Origin: Escherichia phage AV115
Sequence record: OR352945.1
Length of the DNA: 64,000 nucleotides
Reading direction: 5' to 3' (one strand)
Below, piece by piece: positions 22,474 through 32,813 of this stretch. Position 1 is the first letter of the stretch; each line of letters starts with the position of its first letter. The translations under genes were made by a program, and so were the position numbers. The notes beneath the pieces are model-generated. The model was given only the letters and a program-made list of their open reading frames with translations, searched no databases and was not told where the DNA came from.

Positions 22474-24242
22474 AACCTGAAGAAATGAAATCCATGCGTA
22501 GAAATAAGGTCATTGCCGATAATAAACCACAAAAAGTAGCTGCAACAGCAGCTACCGATTCATTAGAAGCATTGAATGATATTTCATCAAAACTAGACGA
22601 TGTCCAAGCTGCGTCTGAACTCACATCACAAAGTGTAGAAGATAAAGGCAATGGAATTATTGAATCAATTGGAGACTTAAAGAATTCGACAGATAATACT
22701 GCTGAAGGCACAGAGCTTATCGCAGAAGTTATTGAAAAACAAACTGAAGTCACTAAAAGTATAAACGAAGTTTCTAGTGCAATAAGCTCTAAGTTAGACC
22801 GATTAGCTACATTATTAGAGCAAAAATTACAAACATCTACCGCTATTCAAAATACAGGAGGCACCTCTCTTGAAGTAATTGAGAACGCAATACCTGTTAA
22901 AGTGGTTGAGAACGAAACTTCCGATGAGTTGTTTAAAGCATTCCCTACACCTGAAAAGATTGATAATAAGCCAGACGAAGATTTCTTCCCAGCCCCGGTT
23001 CAAGAAAGTGCTAATTCTACTTCCGATTCTAAAGGCGGAATTAGCTTTAAATTGAGCGATAAAATTGCAATGCTCACCAAAACAGTTCAAACCGGGTTTA
23101 ATAAATCAATATCAATTTCAGACAGAATTGCTGGAATGCTTTTCAAATACACTATAACGGCTGCTATTGAAGCAGCAAAAATGGCCGCACTTATTCTTGG
23201 TATTGTTATCGGTATTGATTTATTGATAGTCCATTTCAAATATTGGACAGACAAGTTCACTTCTGCCTGGGATTTATTTGATGAAAACTTTACTAAATTC
23301 TCCGATGAAGCTAAAGAGTGGGGTAAATTCTTAAGTGATATATTCACTTCTATTGACTCTATAAAACAATTGTGGGAAGCTGGAGACTGGGGTGGTTTAA
23401 CCGTTGCTATTGTCAAAGGTGTAGGAACAGCATTAATGAACTTAGGTGAACTAATTCAATTAGGAATGGCTAAACTCTCTGCGTCTATATTGCGTGCTAT
23501 AGGTTTTGGCGATACCGCGGACGAAATAGAAGGACGTGCTTTGGAAGGATTCCAAGAAACTACTGGGAACAAATTAAAGAAAGAAGACCAAGAGAAAGTC
23601 GCTAAATATCAAATGAAACGTGACGATGGGGAATTAGGAACCGTTTCTAAAGGTCTTGATATGTTACAACGCGGCAAAACATTCGTTACTAACTGGGTTC
23701 GTGGTAATGACAATAAAGAAGAGTTTAGTACAAGCGATGAGCGTGCTGCGGAATCAGCAAAATTAAAAGAGTTACCTGAAGAGGAACGTAAAGAGGCGTA
23801 CATAAAAGCGAATGAAACTCGTGCTGCACTGGTTAGATTTGAGGATTATATCGATAAAATCGATATGACTAATCCAGAAAATGCTAAAAACGTCGAGAAG
23901 TCTTATGCTGATTTAAGTAAACTTATTAAAGACCCTGAACTTAATAAAACTCCTGTTGTTAAAAAGGAAATAGATGCTAGATTTGAAAAGCTAAATAATA
24001 AAATGGCTGAAGCCAAAAAGGCTCAGACAACAGTTAAGCCTGAATCTTCGTCTAAATCTCCAGAAGCAAAACAAGTTCAGTCAATAGAGAAAGGACGTGC
24101 TTCTGAATCTAAACAACAGCAACCGGTAGCGGCGATTAGTAACACAAATAATGTCGTCAAAAAGAATACCGTAGTCCAGAATATGACCCCTGTAACAAGT
24201 ACAACGGCTCCTGGAATTTTCCATGCCACCGGTGTTAATTAA
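22470..24242 (+). CDS. 29: baseplate hub / tail length determinator
   Basis: 590 aa, T4 gp29 length and position. Confidence 0.9.
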   Translation: MKPEEMKSMRRNKVIADNKPQKVAATAATDSLEALNDISSKLDDVQAASELTSQSVEDKGNGIIESIGDLKNSTDNTAEGTELIAEVIEKQTEVTKSINEVSSAISSKLDRLATLLEQKLQTSTAIQNTGGTSLEVIENAIPVKVVENETSDELFKAFPTPEKIDNKPDEDFFPAPVQESANSTSDSKGGISFKLSDKIAMLTKTVQTGFNKSISISDRIAGMLFKYTITAAIEAAKMAALILGIVIGIDLLIVHFKYWTDKFTSAWDLFDENFTKFSDEAKEWGKFLSDIFTSIDSIKQLWEAGDWGGLTVAIVKGVGTALMNLGELIQLGMAKLSASILRAIGFGDTADEIEGRALEGFQETTGNKLKKEDQEKVAKYQMKRDDGELGTVSKGLDMLQRGKTFVTNWVRGNDNKEEFSTSDERAAESAKLKELPEEERKEAYIKANETRAALVRFEDYIDKIDMTNPENAKNVEKSYADLSKLIKDPELNKTPVVKKEIDARFEKLNNKMAEAKKAQTTVKPESSSKSPEAKQVQSIEKGRASESKQQQPVAAISNTNNVVKKNTVVQNMTPVTSTTAPGIFHATGVN

Positions 24243-24250
24243 GGATTATT

Positions 24251-25360
24251 ATGATTAGTGTAAAAGAAATAGTAGTAGATGCAAAGGATTTAAATAAAGC
24301 AATCCCAGTCTCAGAAAGTGCTGGGCAAAGCACTAAAACCGAAACAACTACTAAAACTTATGTTGCTCAATTTCCTACAGGAAGAGCAGCCGGAAATGAC
24401 TCCACAGGAGACTTCCAGGTAACAGACCTTTATAAGAATGGATTATTATTTACCGCGTACAATATGTCTGCACGCGATTCAGGATCCCTCAGGAATTTAC
24501 GTCCGGCATATGCCGGGACTTCATCTAATGGTATCATATCAGATTTAACTGATAATGTGAAAGATGCAGTGACTAAATTCTCTAATGGGTTGCTTCCTGC
24601 CGGAGCTAATAAATCTACTATAAATAAAACTCCTGTTGCTAATATCCTTTTGCCGCGTTCCAAATCTGACGTTGATACAACTTCACATCGTTTTAATGAT
24701 ATTGGTGATAGCCTTATTACTAAAGGTGGAGGTACTGCTACGGGCGTTTTAAGTAACATTGCTTCTACTGCAGTTTTTGGTGCATTAGATTCTATTACTC
24801 AAGGGCTTATGGCTGATAATAACGAACAGATTTATACGACTTCTCGTAGTATGTACGGCGGTGCTGAGAACCGTACTAAAGTCTTTACATGGGATTTAAC
24901 TCCACGTTCAACTGAAGACCTTATGGCTATTATAAACATTTACCAGTATTTTAACTATTTCTCATATGGTGAGACCGGTAAATCACAGTACGCCCAAGAG
25001 ATTAAAAGTTATTTAGACGAATGGTACCGTTCAACGTTTATTGAGCCTATGACACCAGACGATGCTGTAAAAAATAAGACATTGTTTGAAAAGATTACTG
25101 CGTCATTAACAAACGTATTAGTTGTAAGCAACCCTACGATTTGGATGGTTAAAAACTTTGGACACACATCTAAATTTGACGGGTTAACTGATGTATTTGG
25201 CCCATGTCAAATTCAAAGCGTACGTTTTGATAAAACTCCAAATGGACAATTTAATGGTCTCGCTGTTGCTCCTAACTTACCGTCAACATTTACGTTAGAG
25301 ATAACAATGCGAGAAATTATTACATTAAACCGTTCTTCACTTTATGCGGGGACTTTCTAA
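24251..25360 (+). CDS. 48: baseplate tail tube junction protein
   Basis: 369 aa; synteny 29-48-54. Confidence 0.9.
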   Translation: MISVKEIVVDAKDLNKAIPVSESAGQSTKTETTTKTYVAQFPTGRAAGNDSTGDFQVTDLYKNGLLFTAYNMSARDSGSLRNLRPAYAGTSSNGIISDLTDNVKDAVTKFSNGLLPAGANKSTINKTPVANILLPRSKSDVDTTSHRFNDIGDSLITKGGGTATGVLSNIASTAVFGALDSITQGLMADNNEQIYTTSRSMYGGAENRTKVFTWDLTPRSTEDLMAIINIYQYFNYFSYGETGKSQYAQEIKSYLDEWYRSTFIEPMTPDDAVKNKTLFEKITASLTNVLVVSNPTIWMVKNFGHTSKFDGLTDVFGPCQIQSVRFDKTPNGQFNGLAVAPNLPSTFTLEITMREIITLNRSSLYAGTF

Positions 25361-26322
25361 TGTACTCTTTAGAAGAATTTAATAACCAAGCTATAAATGC
25401 AGATTTCCAACGAAACAATATGTTTAGTTGTGTATTTGCTACTACGCCATCGACCAAATCGTCTTCACTAATTTCGTCAATTGGTAGTTTTGCTTATAAT
25501 AACTTAGGGTTGGATTCAGATTGGCTAGGATTGACTCAAGGTGATATCAATCAGGGCGTAACAACCCTGATTACAGCAGGAACACAGAAATTAATTCGAA
25601 AATCAGGTGTAAGTAAATATCTGATTGGAGCAATGAGTCAACGTACGGTACAAAGCTTGTTAGGTGAGTTCACAGTAGGAGCTTATCTGATAGACTTCTT
25701 CAATATGGCATATAATAATACAGGTTTAATGATTTATTCTGTAAAAATGCCTGAGAACAGATTATCCTATGAAACGGATTTCAACTATAACTCCCCGAAC
25801 ATCCGAATTACCGGTCGAGAAATGGATCCGTTAGTAATAAGCTTTAGAATGGATTCTGAAGCATCTAACTTTAGAGCAATGCAGGACTGGGTAAACTCAG
25901 TCCAAGACCCTGTAACAGGTCTTCGCGCTTTACCACAAGACGTCGAAGCAGATATTCAGGTTAATTTACATGCACGAAATGGTTTACCACATACCGCTGT
26001 CATGTTCACCGGATGTATTCCTGTTAGTGTCTCTTCTCCTGAGTTAACGTATGATGGTGATAATCAGATAACAGTTTTTGATGTAACATTTGCTTATCGC
26101 GTTATGCAATCAGGTGCTGTAAATAGACAGGCTGCTTTAGAATGGCTGGAATCAGGACTTATTAGTAGTGTTTCAGGAATGTTTGGAAATAATCAGAATG
26201 ATTCTGGACTAGGAAGTGCAGTATCAAGACTTTCTAGATTAGGTGGGACTGCTGGTGGTGTGTCTAATATAAACACATTGACAGGCGTGGTGAATTCTGC
26301 ATCAAGAGTTTTAGGACTATAA
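25360..26322 (+). CDS. 54: baseplate tail tube initiator
   Basis: 320 aa; synteny. Confidence 0.9.
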   Translation: MYSLEEFNNQAINADFQRNNMFSCVFATTPSTKSSSLISSIGSFAYNNLGLDSDWLGLTQGDINQGVTTLITAGTQKLIRKSGVSKYLIGAMSQRTVQSLLGEFTVGAYLIDFFNMAYNNTGLMIYSVKMPENRLSYETDFNYNSPNIRITGREMDPLVISFRMDSEASNFRAMQDWVNSVQDPVTGLRALPQDVEADIQVNLHARNGLPHTAVMFTGCIPVSVSSPELTYDGDNQITVFDVTFAYRVMQSGAVNRQAALEWLESGLISSVSGMFGNNQNDSGLGSAVSRLSRLGGTAGGVSNINTLTGVVNSASRVLGL

Positions 26323-26329
26323 GAAAAAA

Positions 26330-26346
26330 GGGAGACGTTGTCTCCC
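26330..26346. terminator. bidirectional terminator between gene 54 and alt-side operon
   Basis: A-run GGGAGAC-gtt-GTCTCCC T-run between convergent genes. Confidence 0.6.
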
Positions 26347-26355
26347 TTTAGGGGT

Positions 26356-26649
26356 TTATTTACGGAATGAAAGGAATGCTGGTGCTCGGAATGGAGTATC
26401 ATCTTTAGAGTATTTAACTAATACGACCATTGGTACCTCTGTTTCTAAATGACCTGTCACTACACCTATAAAAATTTGGTCGGTGTGCTCAGGGTCACGA
26501 AAGTTTTTAAGAGGTTCCATAGCAATATGGAATGCACCTGGGAATACTCGATTCAATTCGTCAATCACAGCTTCATTAAAAACATCATCTGCCGGAATAA
26601 CATTTTCAACTACTAGTTCTTGACCATTAAAGCGAAGCATAGATTTCAT
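26356..26649 (-). CDS. hypothetical early protein (downstream of alt)
   Basis: Track ORF starts 26721, but early promoter lies inside that extension; SD AGGAAA precedes ATG at 26649 (MKSMLRF...). Confidence 0.45.
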   Translation of the reverse strand: MKSMLRFNGQELVVENVIPADDVFNEAVIDELNRVFPGAFHIAMEPLKNFRDPEHTDQIFIGVVTGHLETEVPMVVLVKYSKDDTPFRAPAFLSFRK

Positions 26650-26678
26650 AACGTTTTCCTCATGTTGTTGATGGGATG

Positions 26679-26708
26679 ATAGTATCACACATCCGTGTGC
26701 TTGTAAAC
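26679..26708 (-). promoter_or_regulatory. early sigma70-type promoter
   Basis: GTTTAC-N18-TACTAT on minus strand, conserved leader CAACAACATGAGGAAA before ATG 26649. Confidence 0.6.
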
Positions 26709-28795
26709 TATCCTTGGACAAATTTAAACGGAACTGATTCTAAATCCATTAAAGATGCTAACAATTTCAATCCTTTAGGAGCACTGTTTATTTCTACGAA
26801 TGAGGCAAAAGATACCGGCTCATCTGATTCAATTTCACCCGTCATAGCAACCACCTCGCCTGTTTCCATGAGAACATCACCATCATAAATGACAGCTTCG
26901 TCCAACTGGTCCGAGGACATGACTTCAGCTTGAATAAATTTAAGGTTGGATTCTAAACCTGCACCAGTGTCAGATGACGCATCTGTAATTTTATTTATCT
27001 GCAAGAGAATGCCTCTAGGCAAAATAATTTCTTGCTCATTAGGGTGATTACTCAACTGTCCTGGATAAACCACGTTAACTTTATGGGCGCCATCAATAGC
27101 CCATCCGACGTTAACACGGATTTGTTCTGGCGCATGCATAGCTGTTCTTACTTGACTAGGAGAAATGGTAACACCTTCGTCATTATTGTCAATGTTAAGC
27201 TCTTTGCGAACTTCTTCAGGAGCAAGTCCAAGGGCAACGTTCTCTTTAAACCCACCGAAAATAATAGGAGCTAGTGAAGTGGAAACATAGTTTCTGAAGT
27301 AGAATACCTTATTTTTAACCATTGCTTCGTAAATAGGCATTCTGATAGACTGAGCTCTATATAACGTTAGTCCTTCAGGTAAACGGTCTCCATTTAAAAA
27401 CGCCGAATCAAGACCATCAATAGCGCGTTTAACTTCATCTTCATCCGCAACATCGTAAAAATCTGGTTTATAACGACCTAACAACATATTATTGATATCG
27501 GTATACGCAGAAGAGGCATATTCACGAATAGCTCGTTTTTCAGCAACAGAGTATTGTTTAGGGTCACGATTCATTGTTATATTAAAGGTGCCTCTAGCCG
27601 ATTCTCGTGCATAAGTATACATCACATTAGACAAGAACGCTGATTTACGTTGTTTCCAAGTTTTTTCAGATACTTCAGCTAAAACGTCGTCAGCCAGTTG
27701 GAAATTATCTCGTCTAAAATCTTCAAACCATTCGTCTCTAATAGAGTCTGCAATTTCATTTGCAGCTTCAACAAAAGCAGCTAATGCTTTAACAGATGTT
27801 GTTTTTTCGGTTTTAATTTTCTTAGCAAACTTTTCTAAAGTTGGCTTAATAACACTACCATAAGAAACTTCATCAGCAAATCTAAAGGATTCATCAATAC
27901 GATTATAAATCTTATTTTCGATATCAGCAACTAAAGTGCCTTTTGCTGTGGACGATGCTTGGGCTAGTACGATTTCATATGCTTCAGGAAGTAATTCGGC
28001 CGTAGCCGGGCCACTAACTTCTTTAGCAGAATTTTCGTATTTCTGGAATAACTCACCTTCTTGGCGGTCAGCTTCTAAAGATTGGCTTGCGGCAATAGCA
28101 CGACGAGAAATTTTAGTACGAGCAATAACAGGCTTATCTTTACGTTTTTCTTCTACAGCAGCAATAGAACCAGCGATAGCCGTTTCTTTGGTGACTTTTT
28201 CGCCGGTCTTTTTACTCACATAAACTTCGCCAACATCAGAATCTACTTTCGTGTACAACTCTGTGTTAATGTTAGGGATGCCTTTAATATCTTCAATGTT
28301 GGCATTTTTACGAACCATCATCACATAGGTGTGTTTACCTGTGAATTGATACATTGCCGACAATACTTTAAAACGACCAGCGGTTTTAGTAGAAACTAAA
28401 CGAGCAAGAAGAGTTTGAAGCTGCTGTCCGCGTCCTTTCAATTTCTTGGTAGGGAATCGGAACAGAACTGCATCCATACGAAGAGCTTTAACCTGTTCAT
28501 ATACTGTATTGAAAATAGTGTTGATTGCATCAATAGGAGCAGGACCAAGGCCATTTTTCAATTCAGCGAGATTACCCTTTTCAGACAGACTCATAATAAC
28601 AACATGAGCGTATTTGTCGCCAAGTTTAACTTGTTTTACAGCATCGCCTTCAGAAAGGTAAGAGAATAAGCGAACTACGATGTTTGTATCGATATCACCA
28701 ATTTTCCAGACTTGTGGAACTTTAGCTTTAGGGTTCAAATTGACGACAGGAAGACTGCCTTCAGATTCAAACACTTCGTTTATTTGTTCAGACAT
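26708..28795 (-). CDS. alt: ADP-ribosyltransferase Alt
   Basis: 695 aa; position between gene 54 and gene 30 and size match T4 Alt. Confidence 0.85.
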   Translation of the reverse strand: MSEQINEVFESEGSLPVVNLNPKAKVPQVWKIGDIDTNIVVRLFSYLSEGDAVKQVKLGDKYAHVVIMSLSEKGNLAELKNGLGPAPIDAINTIFNTVYEQVKALRMDAVLFRFPTKKLKGRGQQLQTLLARLVSTKTAGRFKVLSAMYQFTGKHTYVMMVRKNANIEDIKGIPNINTELYTKVDSDVGEVYVSKKTGEKVTKETAIAGSIAAVEEKRKDKPVIARTKISRRAIAASQSLEADRQEGELFQKYENSAKEVSGPATAELLPEAYEIVLAQASSTAKGTLVADIENKIYNRIDESFRFADEVSYGSVIKPTLEKFAKKIKTEKTTSVKALAAFVEAANEIADSIRDEWFEDFRRDNFQLADDVLAEVSEKTWKQRKSAFLSNVMYTYARESARGTFNITMNRDPKQYSVAEKRAIREYASSAYTDINNMLLGRYKPDFYDVADEDEVKRAIDGLDSAFLNGDRLPEGLTLYRAQSIRMPIYEAMVKNKVFYFRNYVSTSLAPIIFGGFKENVALGLAPEEVRKELNIDNNDEGVTISPSQVRTAMHAPEQIRVNVGWAIDGAHKVNVVYPGQLSNHPNEQEIILPRGILLQINKITDASSDTGAGLESNLKFIQAEVMSSDQLDEAVIYDGDVLMETGEVVAMTGEIESDEPVSFASFVEINSAPKGLKLLASLMDLESVPFKFVQG

Positions 28796-28835
28796 AGTGT
28801 TTTCCTTTTAGTAATAATTTATATTTATGCCAAAA

Positions 28836-28851
28836 AGAGCCCGAAGGCTCT
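28836..28851 (-). terminator. stem-loop upstream of alt
   Basis: GAGCC-cgaa-GGCTC with T-run on minus strand. Confidence 0.5.
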
Positions 28852-29039
28852 TAATCCACAATCGGGAGCAAAGTACGATAAACTTCAAAATTAGGGCCTT
28901 TTTCGTACCCATCAACGTTATCTACGAAAACCCGATACGAATTTTCATTAGGAAAATCTAATATAATCTGAGAGCAAGAGGTGGAAACATCTCCACCATC
29001 CTTCTTAGCTACAATAACTGTTTCTAAATAAGCTTTCAT
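28851..29039 (-). CDS. hypothetical protein
   Basis: Track start is GTG at 29060; first ATG (MKAYLET) at 29039 overlaps ligase stop (TAATG). Confidence 0.35.
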   Translation of the reverse strand: MKAYLETVIVAKKDGGDVSTSCSQIILDFPNENSYRVFVDNVDGYEKGPNFEVYRTLLPIVD

Positions 29040-30532
29040 TATAAACCTGTCTGGGACCACGGTCCAAATACGTCTTCAAACGAATCCGCTTCTGTTTTAT
29101 CAAAACGGAACCCTTTAATAATTGGAAGGAAAATACCTACAGTACCTTCACGGCCTTTGGAATGAACCCAACCATTACATTCACAATCAGCGATACGTCC
29201 AATTAATTTACCTTCACGAGCTTCGGTCATTAATCGTTCACGGTCTAAATCATGACGCTCGTCTAAAGGAATAAGAACCTTTACACCGTCAACTGTTTTA
29301 TGAGTTGTATCTTTAAAACCTGAACCACAATCGGTTGTAATACGACGACAACGTGATACGAGTTCGACACCACCTAATTTGTTAGGGTCTTTAGAGTGTT
29401 CATAGTATCCTACAACTTCTAAAGCGATATCAATAACTTCTTTAAATTTAATTAGGTTCTTAGAGCGTTTGTTTTCCCAATATGAATCACGGTTTTTAAG
29501 GATAATACCTTCAAGACCTTGGTCAACATATTTTTTATAAACCACTTTAGCTTCATCAAGATTACGAACTAACTGATTTTCAATTGGTTCAATTCGCTTA
29601 AAGCCTTCAGCCATATTTTCAAGAGCAGCAAAACGAACATCGTATTTCTGACCTTTAATTTTGCCATCAGAATAGACTTCATCTAAAGGAACATAGTCCC
29701 AGGCTTGAAGAACCATACCTTCAGCTTCTTTAGGAGAAATAGTCCCTTGAAGAGATTTATTTGCTAAACCATTTGAAGTGCTACGGTCTGCAACTTGTAC
29801 TTCTTCGGATTCTTCATTATCACCAAATAAGAACGACAGGTCATTTCCTGAGCTCACAGCCTTTTTAATATAAAATGAATGATAAACTAATTCACCGTCG
29901 ATTAAAACCCCATTAGGGTGTCTTTCACGAGCTTCTTTAGTCATTTCCATTAGTTCATCCGCTAATAGAGTAAGACCATGATATTCGTTACCAGCACGAG
30001 AAAAGAATTGAACACCATCATCGCGAACTTCAGCGAAACAACGAGCACCATCTGCCTTTAATTGAGCAAATGCAGGCCATTTAATATTTTTAGTAATCAA
30101 TTTCTCGTCATATGCAGATGCTAACATCTGTGGTTGCAATTGAATAAGTCCAGGCCATACCTTATTCGCGATAGACACTGAAGCACCTACTTCAAGGTCG
30201 CGCATCATTACACGACGAAGGACTTCTACATCATCAGGTTTACCGTCAGCGATATAACCCATGAGCTCTTTAATTGCAGCATTACCAGTGAGTTTACGAG
30301 TGGCTAATGTGAACTCAATAAAATCCAACATGTCATCTAATTCAAGAAGACCATATGCTTGGGACCTTTCACCTGGTCCTGGCCATTTCTTAATATAATA
30401 CTGAATGCCACGTGCATACGTTAAACGATATACACGTTCAAGTAATTTGTTGTCCTTATTTTTCTTAAGGATTTCTTGTTTTGTTTTAGTAGAACCGATC
30501 GCAGCTATTTGGTTTAAAATATCTAAAATCAT
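29039..30532 (-). CDS. 30: ATP-dependent DNA ligase
   Basis: 497 aa; close match to T4 DNA ligase incl. KADGAR adenylation motif. Confidence 0.97.
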   Translation of the reverse strand: MILDILNQIAAIGSTKTKQEILKKNKDNKLLERVYRLTYARGIQYYIKKWPGPGERSQAYGLLELDDMLDFIEFTLATRKLTGNAAIKELMGYIADGKPDDVEVLRRVMMRDLEVGASVSIANKVWPGLIQLQPQMLASAYDEKLITKNIKWPAFAQLKADGARCFAEVRDDGVQFFSRAGNEYHGLTLLADELMEMTKEARERHPNGVLIDGELVYHSFYIKKAVSSGNDLSFLFGDNEESEEVQVADRSTSNGLANKSLQGTISPKEAEGMVLQAWDYVPLDEVYSDGKIKGQKYDVRFAALENMAEGFKRIEPIENQLVRNLDEAKVVYKKYVDQGLEGIILKNRDSYWENKRSKNLIKFKEVIDIALEVVGYYEHSKDPNKLGGVELVSRCRRITTDCGSGFKDTTHKTVDGVKVLIPLDERHDLDRERLMTEAREGKLIGRIADCECNGWVHSKGREGTVGIFLPIIKGFRFDKTEADSFEDVFGPWSQTGL

Positions 30533-30798
30533 TTGATGTCCTCGATTTTGGTTACGGTTCTATTATAAGCAACTTCATCTAGAAGCGATTTCAGCGTTTT
30601 CTGATAAGTGGTAATCCATTTACCGAGCCCTTCAACATAGTATTCTGAAATGTAGATGAACCCTTGTTCAACACACTCTTTAAATATTTCTGCGTCTTTT
30701 ACTGAACGAAACAATGGCCAGTCTCGAAAGAACATGTTAACGTGACCGTAGTCACGCGTTGTGTTTTTGCCATCTGTAATATCATGAACTACAAACAT
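30529..30798 (-). CDS. hypothetical protein (30.x cluster)
   Basis: 89 aa, start overlaps gene 30 upstream region. Confidence 0.5.
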   Translation of the reverse strand: MFVVHDITDGKNTTRDYGHVNMFFRDWPLFRSVKDAEIFKECVEQGFIYISEYYVEGLGKWITTYQKTLKSLLDEVAYNRTVTKIEDIK

Positions 30799-30807
30799 AA
30801 TTATCCC

Positions 30808-31623
30808 TTAACAATTTATAGACCAAGTCCATTTAGACGAATCTAAAGGAAAGTTTTGAATCGTCCACCATGGCTGCATATTGGTTGGTCCTGGGGTTCG
30901 CCAGGTATACGGATTCGACGGACCGCCAATTTGATTAGGCCATGCACCTGGACTTGTTGCACCAGATTCTTTAAGCAAATCCGCCAATCGTTTTAAAAGG
31001 TCTTCACGATCTGAATCTGAATTATGCTCGGGTGGAACCAAACGAGATTCAATATCATCCCACGTGTGTACACGTTGTGCAGTGCGAGGAATATCATCAC
31101 GTTCACCACGAGCCAACCAATAAATCGGTACATTAAGAATTTCTGCCGCATGGTCACAATGATGAGCTAAATCGTCAACGTAACAAATCACGTTATATTT
31201 TGTTTTAGCTAGTTCAAATAATTGTTCCTTTGACGAATCATGACCACACATCATTACTTCAGAAAAAGCGCCTGGGAACAAAGCATTCAAATTAAATTGT
31301 CTATTCAATCGAGCATCAATTGAATCACCTAGCGCCGTCACGGCTACAAAATTATAGTCTTCTTTTAGTTTATTGATAACTCGAAGAGCATCCGAATAAG
31401 GCGCTAAGTAACGAATAAAATCAGAGCGATTATATTTTTCTATTAATTGTTTACCAAGGTTATCGTCGGTATTGAATAGTTTACCAGGAGAAATAAATTT
31501 TTCGTCCTGGATCATTTTTAAAATATGTTCTAATGGAAGATTATATTTTTGGGCAAAATAAGGAAGTCCAGATTGCCAGCTTAAACATACACCATCAATA
31601 TCAGTCAAAATAGTAGGCTTCAT
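30808..31623 (-). CDS. hypothetical protein with N-terminal DxDGV motif (HAD-like?)
   Basis: 271 aa; TDIDGV near N-terminus resembles HAD motif I; 30.2 position. Confidence 0.5.
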   Translation of the reverse strand: MKPTILTDIDGVCLSWQSGLPYFAQKYNLPLEHILKMIQDEKFISPGKLFNTDDNLGKQLIEKYNRSDFIRYLAPYSDALRVINKLKEDYNFVAVTALGDSIDARLNRQFNLNALFPGAFSEVMMCGHDSSKEQLFELAKTKYNVICYVDDLAHHCDHAAEILNVPIYWLARGERDDIPRTAQRVHTWDDIESRLVPPEHNSDSDREDLLKRLADLLKESGATSPGAWPNQIGGPSNPYTWRTPGPTNMQPWWTIQNFPLDSSKWTWSINC

Positions 31624-32087
31624 AAAGAGTCTCTTAATAGGTTTAACACATCAATAAATTCAGCTTCGGTTAGTATTGTATCATCTTTTGTTAGACCACT
31701 AGCCATGCTGTGCTTCAAAATTTTTCCTTTAGAGGCTTGTAAGGCATCACGAAACCCCTTGTTTTGGATCGCTGCTTCAAAATATGCATTTGTATATAAT
31801 TCTTTCCACGCTTCAGAGTATCTTGAAAATGGAACTCCTAACCAGAAGAGAGTCCCATGGTCCTGAGCTCTTGCATAAGACCTTCCAGCTTGCTGTGCAG
31901 CCAGTCCTGACAGCCCAAATATACGTTTTTGTTGTTCAACATTTCTCACCTTACATCCTTGGAGAAATCCTTCAAGACCTCCGAATTGAATATCGTCCAT
32001 AACGAAAGGCCACCGGGCAAAATTACTTAATGCACATGACGGCCACTTAAAATTGCTTCTTATTTCTAATTCAGACATCTTTAACAC
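31620..32087 (-). CDS. YbiA/NADAR (DUF1768)-like protein
   Basis: 155 aa; LSNFARWPF resembles YbiA FSNFAAWPI signature. Confidence 0.55.
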   Translation of the reverse strand: MLKMSELEIRSNFKWPSCALSNFARWPFVMDDIQFGGLEGFLQGCKVRNVEQQKRIFGLSGLAAQQAGRSYARAQDHGTLFWLGVPFSRYSEAWKELYTNAYFEAAIQNKGFRDALQASKGKILKHSMASGLTKDDTILTEAEFIDVLNLLRDSL

Positions 32088-32289
32088 TTATAATTTCAAT
32101 ATCAGCCCAATGACCGTATCCAGGTATACGGTCTTCGATAGATAAATTTCCGTCATTTTTAGGCATTTTAATTGACGTAACGTATGGTTCTAGACGGTTT
32201 TCTGCATAATACGGAAAAACGTCTGTTACACGATAAGTAACTTCGATCATTTCTGTACCCAACAATTTCTGAATTAATTTCTTTAACAT
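32071..32289 (-). CDS. hypothetical protein
   Basis: 72 aa ORF, co-oriented in 30.x cluster. Confidence 0.4.
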   Translation of the reverse strand: MLKKLIQKLLGTEMIEVTYRVTDVFPYYAENRLEPYVTSIKMPKNDGNLSIEDRIPGYGHWADIEIISVKDV

Positions 32290-32290
32290 A

Positions 32291-32485
32291 TTATCCTCGC
32301 TTTAAACATTTGATTACAGACAGTTCACCACCCATGCGAACGTCTTCAGTTCCATCGACCCATAGGACGGTGTAGGCTTCTTTAATAGTAGCATTACCTA
32401 ATTTAAAAGCAGGTAAAACCTTTGAAATCATACCAGGAATACCTATACCTTTTAACTGGACAGTTTGTGATAAGAATAGTTGCAT
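32291..32485 (-). CDS. hypothetical protein
   Basis: 64 aa ORF, tightly packed. Confidence 0.4.
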   Translation of the reverse strand: MQLFLSQTVQLKGIGIPGMISKVLPAFKLGNATIKEAYTVLWVDGTEDVRMGGELSVIKCLKRG

Positions 32486-32772
32486 TAGAACCTCATCTGA
32501 AATCCGTGTGATTTAACATTACCGCCATAAATGTCAGAGGTATTGACTTCACGTGCGGCGCTAGGGTCGATGTTAATATCATGGTTGAGCTTAGTGATTG
32601 CTAAGGTGTCACGACCGTTAACAGTACGGAATTCTACCGGGCACACATCATCAGCATAAGCCTTAATGGATTCATGAGTAGGTTGTTTGTCGACAGGAAC
32701 GTCTTTACCTGCTTTAGAGAAAACAACTTCACAGAAATTTTTACGGGTATCAAAATAAGTGGTCATAAACAT
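32485..32772 (-). CDS. hypothetical protein
   Basis: 95 aa ORF with SD GAGGAA upstream. Confidence 0.45.
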   Translation of the reverse strand: MFMTTYFDTRKNFCEVVFSKAGKDVPVDKQPTHESIKAYADDVCPVEFRTVNGRDTLAITKLNHDINIDPSAAREVNTSDIYGGNVKSHGFQMRF

Positions 32773-32787
32773 AATATTTTCCTCAAA

Positions 32788-32809
32788 GGAGGCCGAAGCC
32801 TCCTTTTTT
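32788..32809 (+). terminator. plus-strand-oriented intrinsic terminator inside minus-strand gene cluster
   Basis: GGAGGC-cgaa-GCCTCC followed by T6 on plus strand. Confidence 0.5.
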
Positions 32810-32813
32810 AAGA

